Assembly: GCA_973895155.1 (NCBI GenBank)
Contig: OZ316896.1
Span: 3,758,738 to 3,822,737, forward strand
From: Marsupella aquatica
Taxonomy: Eukaryota > Plantae > Marchantiophyta
Reading direction: 5' to 3'
DNA: 64,000 bases
The notes below the pieces were generated by a model. That model ran no database searches. It was given only the letters and a program-made list of their open reading frames with translations, and was not told the origin of the DNA. Within the stretch, counting starts at the first letter, position 1. Every line of letters begins with the position of its first letter. Both the position numbers and the translations under genes were made by a program. Below, in pieces: positions 54,181 through 64,000 of the stretch.

Positions 54181-54888
54181 TTAAGCAAACGATGTCAAGA
54201 TGGCAGATAAATTGGCCACCTGGGCCTCAGAGATGAAGAATGCTTTGGCGAGGAGCTCAGGATCAATGCCGGTCCCAAACAGCCCTACAGGCATTAGCTG
54301 AATACCAGGGTTTTGCCCATTCAACACATTGATGCTCACAGCATGCTTTGTACCCTTGTTAAGCTGGAAGTGCAGCAGGCCTCTTGGAAAGATGAACGCC
54401 TCTCCTGGCTTGACGATCTTCGCGTAGAGCTTGTTGGGGACTGCGGCGTTGTCGCTGTTGGTGACGAATCCCGTGTAGATCTCTCCCTCTAGACAGAAGA
54501 GTATCTCGGTGGCCAAGTTGTGGCTGTGCGGCATTATGATGCCACCGGGATTGATGTCCAAGCGAGCAAGGCCCAATCCCAGGGTGTTGAGGGCCGGCCA
54601 CTCATTGACGAAAGCAAATGTTGCGTCGCCCTGAATGGGACTCCCAGTGAGATTTGCAGCCGTCGCCAGCCCAGCGTACGCAAAGTCCTCAGTGGTCACG
54701 AGTTCTGGTGCAATGCATGGGTAGCCGTTCACTCGAGGGCCACCAGCTTTCAAATCCGCGACACAAAAGTCTTGAAGTGGGTCTGGATCACTGGCTTGGA
54801 TGTGGTCGAAGCTTACTGCCGCCAGAAGAAGAGCAGTGAAGAGAACTTTGACATTAACAGGCACAGCCATGATTGAATCTAGCTGCAT
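54181..54888 (-). CDS. Germin-like protein (cupin), intronless; start ATG at 54888 or 54870
   Basis: Signal peptide; SDPDPLQDFCVAD...VNGYPC; PALNTLG; metal ligands PHSHNLATE and FPRGLLHFQ. The ORF-track start at 54894 is a TTG. Confidence 0.95.
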   Translation of the reverse strand: MQLDSIMAVPVNVKVLFTALLLAAVSFDHIQASDPDPLQDFCVADLKAGGPRVNGYPCIAPELVTTEDFAYAGLATAANLTGSPIQGDATFAFVNEWPALNTLGLGLARLDINPGGIIMPHSHNLATEILFCLEGEIYTGFVTNSDNAAVPNKLYAKIVKPGEAFIFPRGLLHFQLNKGTKHAVSINVLNGQNPGIQLMPVGLFGTGIDPELLAKAFFISEAQVANLSAILTSFA

Positions 54889-57517
54889 GTCCAAATTTCA
54901 CGAAGTCTAGAACTACTTATGTGGTGGAGGACGTGGGCGCGCAGGAAAGGATCGAGCACGGGATCGAGCACTACAAACTCTTCGACACAAAGGATCGATC
55001 CGTAACTTGAATCACAGGTCTGGTCACTGAGGTTCTGCGGTCAGATCCCTCCTCTGGGACTGCTAAGCACAGGCTCAATGCTTGAACAATGGAGTGAACC
55101 GAATATATATTAACGTCAATGCAGGCAAGTCACTGCCGCGATAGCCAGCTGACTAGATATATACAATCTGCCAAGCGATGCATCTGGTATTTAAAGCTGA
55201 ATCTCAATCACTTGCTACCGTACCTGAAAAACACCCTCTCCAGATCTCCAGCTTCCCATACCCAGTCCATCAAGTACGTTCCTCATGTATTGTGAGGTAC
55301 GTACGGATTATGTGGCAATTTTTAACCAGTTCCGTATCAAGATCGAGTGTGGATTCTATCTCCACTTAAAACCCCCTTTTTCTGTGGGTGCATAGGCCGG
55401 GGAAGGGTTCTGAGAAAGAGCTTTGACAAACGTTACCTCTCCATGGTGGGACGCGGAGTACCCAAAATGTCAATGACCGTGTTTCTTTCATGAGTTCAGG
55501 CGATGGTTCGTGTACTTTCGGATGATTGGTCGTTTCGAGTACGTATCTCTTTTGACTCTCATATATAACAGCCCTGGAGAGTTACTTTTCGGCAGGCTGG
55601 GGTTGGAAGCAAGTACATGCGTGGGACTGAAGGTATTGGGCTATTACTATAGAGGTTTTGTGCAATTCAAGTTTTTTCGGGGGCCCACATGCACTTTGCA
55701 CACCACCTTTTCCTCCCCTGGTTTGCACGCTCTTCCATGCGCAGAGAATCTGAGCGAGGAGGAGCTGATTCATGGAGACACATACTAAGAGTCAACTATG
55801 AGTACGTCATTTTGTTAGTCAGAATGAGGCAGGACAGGTTTTCACAAATGAGGATACTACTACCCTCCAGGAAGAAACTAAAGGGTGAAGCCTGGATGGA
55901 CCTGGCCCCTGAACCATGCAATTACGATAACCTTGCCTACTTTACAGTGATCAGGATAGGACCTCATGCGCCAAACTAGCTGCCTAATCGAGTGGCGGAT
56001 ATCTTGAAACAGTTTGGCTTTTGACACTCGTACCATAAATTTGTTAATGTCATTGGAGTCGAACGAAAATGGTTTGTTGGGAAGCTCATTCCATACATTT
56101 CTAATGAGCTAAAGTGGCTCTTGAGACGTTGAGCAGTTACGGATAAACTTAGCTCTAAGTATCATCCGGGGTATCATCACCTTCAGTCAACGTACTTAGA
56201 TTTTGGCAAATGTATGTTTTAAGCGTTAGTGTCATACTGTATGTCATCCACGTGAATTTCAGAGTTTGGACGCGGAAAGTCTATCCGATGAAATCTGCAA
56301 ATCATGAGGTCAATCTGGGCATCATTTTTGCAGAAACCCAGGCCCTGTCCTACAACTCGGACAAAAGTAAAAAGTGTCGTTACCTTAAACCAAAATAAAA
56401 TAATGAAACCAACCCAGGAGCTTTGACATTTGGTACAGTGAATTTTCATAGATGGCAATCAACCGCTTGGATGCAAGCATGTGTCCAATCCCGGAGACAT
56501 GGCAAAATTGGACCCAATCAAGGGGGCTGGGGCAACCAAGAGCCAAAAAGCCAAAAAGCCCAAGGGACCCAGGAAGAGACCCAGGGCACAAACAACCAGC
56601 ACCAGAAAACCTGCAACCCTACAGGCAAAATGTAGGGCCTGGTATAGCTCCGTCGTGAACTGCATAGGAGGGTCGAGGAGTGGAATCTGGCTATACGCCC
56701 TAGCACCAACTGCCTCATACAACTACAATTTTTGTGTTGTCTCTCACGTCATTTCAAGAGCCGTTTTACGTCGTCTCAAACGACGAAGATTGGGGCACGT
56801 CACTAACTGTGCTCCACATGACGTTGTTGTACATCCTCAAACGGTGGTCTTTACCAAACCCCCTATGATGTCAAAAGCAATTACGACAAACCTCGTGCCT
56901 ATATTACAACAAACCTCGTGTCTCAATCACCCTGACAAAGCATAGTGAATGCCTGAGCTCTCTGGAGTGGAACAGAAACCCACTGTCTAAAAAAAACCTT
57001 AAAAGGACCTGAATTGCGATTGATTGGCATTTTCCCTGACGGAGCTGGTACTTCCTTCCCAGCGGAAGTCCAGCAACTTTGCAAAATGGGGACACTCAAG
57101 AGTTTGGTGCAAGTGTCTGACCGTGATTGCATCATTCAGGCATATCTAGAGCAGGGAAACTTGAGCAACTCCAGATCTTGATGCGAAAGAAGGTTCCCTT
57201 CATGCAGCTGGCAGCATCACTGAGCCATGGCCAGTCACAAGGCAAAATGGTCCCCACTCAGGTAGGACAATCATTCTCCAGTAGTTTGACATTTTTCCAT
57301 GGTAGTTAATAAAGAAGTAGAGACACTTTCGCAGGTCATTTGAAATTTTGAATGTTGGAAAAATTCACCACTTCGCAATATCCAAGCACCTTGCAATCTA
57401 CACATTTTACTGTCATCAAGCTTCCATAAAGCCACATATATATATTTCGCTGCGAAAGGACAAGAGGCGCCCAAACGGGAGACAGATCGCGAAGACAATC
57501 TGAATTAGCAGGTCAGC

Positions 57518-57792
57518 CGATCGATGGCTTTCCACTCGGCCAATTTCCGATCCCTGCCCATGCACGGGCTGTACACATTGGAAATCCTTGGTTAATGATT
57601 CACCACGCAGATTCTGCGAAATACTAGCTATGGGTAGGTTAAATTTAAACAGATCATCCTCTGCGACGCTTTCAATTCTATTTATGAAATTGGTCCTGTT
57701 TTTACAGCACGGAATGCGACTGCTTTGTGCCAAGCTTAATGTCATCTATCCATGCACGAGCGGAATTTGGCCGAGTGGAAAGCCATCGATCG
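57518..57792. other. 32-bp inverted repeat (1 mismatch) closing a 275-nt fold-back
   Basis: cgatcgatggctttccactcggccaatttccg (57518-57549) versus cggaatttggccgagtggaaagccatcgatcg (57761-57792). Confidence 0.85.
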
Positions 57793-58637
57793 CCTGAATA
57801 TGCAGTCACTCCAATATGCACTCCAGTGAGAAGCTTTAAATTGGCAGAGGATATAGACAGTGACAAATCGTGAATGTACAGTAAAGAAGCTCAATCATCC
57901 TATGATCACCTGAATCCCCGACTTTTCATATGTCTATATCCATGTAGGTTGCCTCCATGGTTGGTATGGAAGTTTCCTATGATCACTTTTCAATGAAGAT
58001 GTTTGATCGAGTAAGACATTTTGGTCGGGACTCTCGGGGTGTGCAGATCAACCGCTTGTTACGACTTACACTTCACAGCCTCTCCATGTACACAGTCATC
58101 CAGACCGTTTTTTCACTGAAAGGGTGAATTTGTTTCAGTGGGTGAAGTATGGAACAGGCCAGGAGACGTCATCAAGCAACTTTCGGCATAGCCTCTTGGT
58201 ATCCACAGTACTGAGTTGGTAATTGGAAATACTTTTCTGTATAGCCTTATCGAGGATTCGTACAAAATTTCGTTTTTTATCTAGTGAGATCTTGACATGT
58301 CTGATATAAATAATCAATTCAAGGATCAACTCACTCCAGAGCTAGTGTGTGCACATGCACAGGAAAAGGTTTCACTTAATACGAAGAAAACATTTGTTCG
58401 CAGGGCGCACCCAAGTGCAGACTAGAAGCCGCGCAAACTGATTTTGCAAACTGCTCTTGAAGATTCAGGCAGGACAGCCCAGCTGGTGCCAGGCAGGAGC
58501 CAGAGCTTCGAGGCGATCTTCAACCGGAAAGTATCGCTAGATACCGTAGCTCAGGTCCCCAGATTAGGAATCTGTCTCAACGTCATTTGCCCGACGAAGA
58601 ACTGGAGCAACATCTCCGTCAGAATTCAAATCAGGAT

Positions 58638-59363
58638 TCATGCAAAGCATCGAAGAGTTCTTTTTGTTAGAGAACAGGAGCCACAATTGTCCTCACTCAG
58701 CACTTTCCAGAAACGGATGCTAATCCCACCATCTTCCAATTTCGCAATGCTCTCGTGCAGATCAAGTATGGCGTAGCAATTGGCCGCCGGATGCCCCGTC
58801 ACTTTGTTTAAACCCTTCCTGAGCCAAATGTAAATGAAATTGGTGACGGCATTAAACAGGTAGGAAGAAGTGGTGATGATTACAACACCGCTCTTGCACA
58901 GGTCCTTAGGTACCAAATGACTTCTAATCATCTCTACTGCCCTCTGTGCTGCGAAGATCTCTGCTGTCTCCGTGGTCTGCTGTGCCTCTTTGGGAAGATG
59001 GCCAAAGGAATTGAAAGGGGAATCTGGCCCGTGATAAATGCTAAACGCGGGTAGGGTATCTCTATCCTGGTCTGTCCTAATTATTGCGTCGAGCACACCA
59101 TCGATGAATATCGCGACTGGCTCGAGGTGGCGATCGCCATAACGTACGTTGGCAATCATCCGAGAAAGCTTCTCGCCGTAACGGTCGTAACACACAAGTT
59201 CGGCCGGCCTAAAACCGCGGAGCTCGCTGGTCACAGGATCTAAGATACACCAAACCTGATTGCGAATTTGATATTCATTTTCGAACATCAGCTGTTTAAG
59301 TGAAGGTGAGTGGAGCGCGTAGTCAACCGGGTCGAACATCCGCAAAGCGTTTGAAATTTGCAT
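58638..59363 (-). CDS. RNase H1-fold protein of the fungal (Dikarya-like) type, intronless, with an incomplete DEDD site
   Basis: AIFIDG...AFSIYHGPDSPFNSFGHLP...QTTETAEIFAA..A...VVIITTSSYL..AVT.FIY.W...G....G.PAAN...L...I..LE..GISIRFWKV..EDN follows the RNase H1 motif order. The G(I/V)xVxFWxVxRExN-type tail is what I recognise from fungal RNase H-like proteins. Confidence 0.8.
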   Translation of the reverse strand: MQISNALRMFDPVDYALHSPSLKQLMFENEYQIRNQVWCILDPVTSELRGFRPAELVCYDRYGEKLSRMIANVRYGDRHLEPVAIFIDGVLDAIIRTDQDRDTLPAFSIYHGPDSPFNSFGHLPKEAQQTTETAEIFAAQRAVEMIRSHLVPKDLCKSGVVIITTSSYLFNAVTNFIYIWLRKGLNKVTGHPAANCYAILDLHESIAKLEDGGISIRFWKVLSEDNCGSCSLTKRTLRCFA

Positions 59364-59394
59364 TGAGATTGCTCAGGTGTTTTTGTTGAAGGGC

Positions 59395-59466
59395 AACCTT
59401 CTGATAATGCGACGTTGTGCGACTTTGTGAAGCAGAAAACGAGCTACGTCGCATTATCAGAAGGTT
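59395..59466. other. Perfect 21-bp inverted repeat with a 30-nt loop
   Basis: aaccttctgataatgcgacgt (59395-59415) and acgtcgcattatcagaaggtt (59446-59466). Confidence 0.9.
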
Positions 59467-60210
59467 TGTCGTTATTGGGTTGCTGCGGACAACACGTACT
59501 AGAGACGTGAGATTCGAAATTAAGGAAGAAAATCCAACATCCGAGACTGAGTGTCTCTAAATCAAAAGGAAAAACAACTCAGGTCAAATGCAGCTCAACT
59601 CTCCACGAAAGCCATGTTGAATGTTGTGTTACTAATGTACTTGGTAAACCTGTGATGATCAATTAACCTGCCTCAGTTATGTGCCCTACATAAACATATC
59701 TATATTCGATTCTCACAGAAAGTTGGGCCGGTACAAGTGCCTTCCTAGATTCTCATCGAAGATTTAGACGAACGTCAACAGTTTTCATTTAGGAGCAGCT
59801 GTGTGACATGGTGATTCAACGAGCTTAAACTTTGTATATAGCCCGTGGAGCCCTACATGATTGTAGATTTCGATACACTTACTCACGACGAACAGTCTCG
59901 CAAAACCGTTGTTTTGCCCGGTATCCATTTCCCAAGCTCCTTGTTCTAATCTAATCCTGGTGGTAGGGAAGGGAGCGACGAGAGAAAAAAGGACAAGGAT
60001 ACAAACTCAACCGCCTAGCTGATCGAATAAATCACAGCAAAATCGTACCATTCAGTGGAGGCACGGTCGATTCAACACCGCAAAGACCGAAACGGGCTCA
60101 GACAAGTCCTTCGAAGATTGAATCAGAAACAAATTAACTCATTTTCTCAATCGGGACCGGGGCGCATTGTCTCACTCTATCTTCCCGCAATACTAGCGAC
60201 CCAGCAAGCC

Positions 60211-60686
60211 TGTGATCGTTCTCAATAGAGCGAACATAACAATTTTACACACATCAATTGACTGAGACTACACATCGAGAATAGATGGTGTACAGATTGT
60301 CCTCTTTATTTTCCCCGTATTCTCCGTGAAGAGAATCGAACAGAAAGCTTAAGAAATGAACTCAGATCAATACCGCAGAGGGAGGGAGAGATGAACCTTA
60401 ATACCTCACATCCCCGCGGATAAATGAGACAATTCAAATACAGAGAATTGAACGTGAACTCCTTACAACGGAAAACCGAGAACTCTTAAAACACTGACAC
60501 GTGGTGAGTTCAACGACTTACACCCGCGGCAGTTTACATGAGTAAAGTAAAACCGGAAACTCTTAAGAAATGACACGAGGAGTGCAGACAATCACCCGCG
60601 GCATTTTACATGAGAAATAAGTAACCGAAGAAACTCTAACGACAGATAGCAGTCGATCAGAAGAGAAGACAGATCATCCTGTCACA
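60211..60686. mobile_element. Solo LTR (476 bp)
   Basis: TGTGA...TCACA inverted termini with a perfect 5-bp target-site duplication AAGCC (60206-60210 and 60687-60691); short internal repeats (cccgcgg...catgag). Confidence 0.85.
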
Positions 60687-61256
60687 AAGCCTGATCAAAA
60701 TCACACTTCAATCACGCATTAAACTCACATCTCTCACAGCACTGCACTGGTCTCATGCCCTGGATGCACATGACTGTAACAGCCATCGGTTGATATACAA
60801 GGGACTCGAGAATCACTGACTCATGCACTGCGACGATAGATATACTGAAGGTTTGGAAAGTCATAGAAACCACCAACATCGGAAGGGTATCGACTTGATC
60901 ACACCTTTCTATAATCTTCGCTGCATAGGAAGACCAACCCACCACACTTGGAGCATAAACGCGTATCGAGAGATCTGTAAGACATATATAGAGATAAAGA
61001 AAAAGTACTAAGAAGATCGACTTTTCGGGTGAGCCGATCGCCTCTCTTTCTAGCGTAACGCATGACTGAGGAAGCCAGGCCAAAGTGATCAGGAGCCGAA
61101 AGGTCGGTGATAGGTGCAAAACTGTTTTGGAACCATTGAACCTTAACGTTCCGACCAAGGTCATGATGGTGGCGCTCTAGAAACGTCAAAAGCGCGGTTC
61201 CCATTTCCAGTGGATAGTGCAGTAAACGCGAAATAGAGCACAGGTGTAACACTATA

Positions 61257-61323
61257 TGATCAAGCCATAACTGTGATCAAGCTAGCTCGCGAAATAGAGC
61301 TCGACACAATTATGGCTTGATCA
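61257..61323. other. 19-bp inverted repeat (1 mismatch) with an inner stem
   Basis: tgatcaagccataactgtg and cacaattatggcttgatca, with inner agctc..gagct. Confidence 0.75.
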
Positions 61324-62249
61324 CAAAAGTGAGTTACTCCACATGAGTGGGCCTTCGGTAGCAGAGACTGGTGCACGACCAATCTCTGGCACAACAGCAT
61401 GCCGCCTCAGAGGGCAAATCATCAGGCTGGAAGAAAGGGGAATTTGGGTTGTACTTCGATCAAATGAATGCGTCCGAACTCCGCAAGCTCGTACAGTCAT
61501 TCGGAACACACTTGGGAGCAAGAGTCTCCAGTTCATCGAGAATCAGTAAAGATCGAGTTCCATATGGATTCAGGGGAATGAATTGAAAAAATCAAAACAA
61601 GTAAATGGGCAGCTTTCGCTAGAGGAGATCAAGGTACGAAATGTGGTGAAAATTAACCAACACTAAACTGGCTAAAAGATTCACACAATCGATGAGGGCA
61701 TGAAGGGCTGATACCAAGGCACGGCTTCAAGGTTTTGACGTTATCGCAAGGGACAATGTCAGAGGGGGATACTCACACATGTTTGATTTGAAAGTTCCTC
61801 AAATTGATCACGAAACTAGGCCGGTCATTGTTTTGCTAGAGACGGTTACAAGATCGAGCATGCAAGCTGCATGAAGTTCATGAAATTGGGAACGCAACAG
61901 CAAAATTCTGCATCACGATCTATAATTTGGAGCACAACATTGAAGTACCGTGGAGTGTGCTGCTGAAGGCAAGTCTTGAATGCAGTGTGAATGTTCGTAT
62001 GCCAGAAAGCATTCATCTTTGGGAGAAATAACTCTTCCAAGTTTAATATAATAAACTAAAGATTTTCAAATGAAGGATACAGTGAGATCAAATCATGAAT
62101 GCTTGACAAACGCGGCATGTCCTAAACCATCATTTCTCTGTGAAGTTATAATTGGTTTGGCTTAGATTATGTAGCTCCTGCTGTTTGTTATATTTCTCTC
62201 TTCCCTTGTCCTAAAGGCTGATAGAAGCTTGGTGCTCTTCTGCGAGTCA

Positions 62250-62323
62250 CAGCGAGTACTAGGAATAGAACTGAGGCTGATAGAAGCTTGGTGCTGCCTC
62301 AGTTCTATTCCCAGTACTCGCTG
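62250..62323. other. 28-bp inverted repeat (1 mismatch, G:U on the minus strand) with an 18-nt loop
   Basis: cagcgagtactaggaatagaactgaggc (62250-62277) and gcctcagttctattcccagtactcgctg (62296-62323). Confidence 0.9.
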
Positions 62324-63001
62324 CCCCTGCTTCTACAACATTAATTTCTCAGGAAACTTCGCCCATTTCACTTGTGTACCTACTTCCTCTTTTGAGGGCT
62401 GAAGGTGTTTGATTTTCAAAGATAAATTCCAGTGTCCGGCACATTGTTTTTCGGATTCCAAATTGATCATTCTCACTACACAGCAAGAATTTCGGGGGTA
62501 TCGTGCTCCAAATTTATTGAGAAGCTTACATGCGGCATTGTAAGCATGCTTGGCATTTATTGCAGTCAAGGTCCAAAATTGGCACAAATTGTGGCCAAAA
62601 TTGACTGATTTGCCCCCATTTCCCCTTAGGAGGGTTGATAGTGGTGAGCTTGTATATGACTGAGTTCTACGAATCGAGCTAGAACTGGCAGGTTTTCTCC
62701 ACGACATGCTCCCAAAAAATGGCGTCCTACATGACATTGTTCACAGCCGAAGGACATTGAAATCGCCGACTTTGGACGACTCTAAAAAATGGGAGGATCG
62801 GCCAGAGCGGGCTAAGACAACGATAATGTTGCAATGCCTCACCCTGCAAATGAAATTGCACCACCTCTTCGACCTGTAAGAGCTCCACGATTGCGTAAAC
62901 GATTTCGAGGAATTGGAACTTCCCTGCAAAAGAATTGCAACTCCAGTTCACGGAAGAATGGTGATTGATCCTGACTGCAACCAGCTGAGCCAATGCTGAC
63001 A

Positions 63002-63534
63002 CTATCTCAGCTTTCTAAGAATTGATTGCCTATCTATTTTTGAAGAATTCGCCTGGGACGCCCTCCGCTTTCTGTTGGAAGTAAGAGCTCCACTGCGATT
63101 CCGAGTGGAGTTCCGCTTCCGTGAACTTGTCGCCTGCACATGTGGAAGACACTACATCAGTCCCAAGCGGAAATCAATTATCACATTGCACAATCGAAGA
63201 GCTAGATTGAAGACTAGCACGATGAGGCGAGAACATGGCGAAACGAAAGACCTCCGAATGAGTTTACTACGTAATCAGCTGCTGTGAATCTGGCATTGTA
63301 AGCGTCATGACGTCCAATCCATCTGTGCGAAATCCCCTGGGACCGCCAAGGCAGAGAGCAAGAACTTACATCGGTCGAGAACAAATGCGTAATCTCCTTC
63401 AGCGGCATCCTGGACAACGGTCGAGACGGGACACCAGCTCTCCGCTGGACACTGGATTGCTCCGACAGCACGCTCATGTTTTCATCGTTCTCCCACCTCA
63501 TGCCTTCTAGTGTTGGCATCACTGATCGCGCCAT
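63002..63534 (-). CDS. Small 98-aa basic protein with DEN-box-like, D-box-like and terminal LR motifs (candidate APC/C regulator); exons 63534-63370 and 63133-63002
   Basis: MARSVMPTLEGMRWENDENM...PLSRMPLKEITHLFSTD|ATSSRKR...RKRR...QSILRKLR*. The donor is GTAAGT, the acceptor TGCAG, and the intron phase 0. Confidence 0.6.
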
Positions 63535-64000
63535 AGCCCCAGACAGATCTTGTTGAAGGAGGTGATCCCGCTCACCTTGCTGGATATCGAATCCTGGAGG
63601 CTGCCTTCTCTCTAGGGAGACTGAGCTTTGTTCTCTCCGCCTGAGGTCGCCTCAATCGCGTTCTACAGAAGGAAGGGCCGAATGTTTCCTTCCACGCTCT
63701 AGATTGCAGACTTAAATTCAAGGCGATCACGAGGTCAGAGATAAGCTTCTCAGGCGACTCCTCTAGGCTCTGCGCATGAATTGAAGCATCTGCTGGGAAC
63801 AATAAATCTCACGAGTCCACAGCACCCTAGGACATCCAAACTCAAGGGAGCGCGGGCTTGGACAATCCAACGGGAAGTACTTTCGGATGTTCTCAAGATG
63901 TTCTCATCAAACGTCCGCAGAGAAATGCAGATAGGATTTGAGGCTCGTCGAGCGCTGCAAGTGACCGGTCAATGGCGAAACTGAAATGCGCCGGTTGGGA

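Noticed and set aside
55200-57480. Overlapping short ORFs between the germin-like gene and the 57.5-kb hairpin
   Set aside because: No recognisable domain or consistent splice chain on either strand.

Overview
Eukaryotic, intron-rich land-plant DNA; gene content and element types suggest a bryophyte, probably a liverwort (inference). Supported genes, left to right: a >650-aa minus-strand exon running off the left edge (AMSH/USP8-type MIT domain plus a long disordered tail, absent from the ORF track); an intronless fungal-type SDR broken by one frameshift; a 3-exon Expp1-like secreted protein; a spliced Dicer-like gene; eIF2B epsilon; an NPF/PTR transporter; a germin-like protein; an intronless fungal (Dikarya)-type RNase H-fold gene lacking half its catalytic acids; and a 98-aa protein with APC/C degron-like motifs. 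Mobile DNA includes a degenerate Copia LTR element (target-site duplication, half-tRNAiMet primer site), two solo LTRs, a MITE-like element and several tandem repeats. Five near-perfect hairpins lie between 48 and 62 kb. The most striking observation is the Dicer-like gene: platform-PAZ-RNase IIIa-RNase IIIb-dsRBD with no helicase detected, an intact IIIa site and four substituted IIIb active-site residues in an otherwise clean reading frame, predicting a dsRNA nickase. All family calls come from motif recognition by eye, not database searches.
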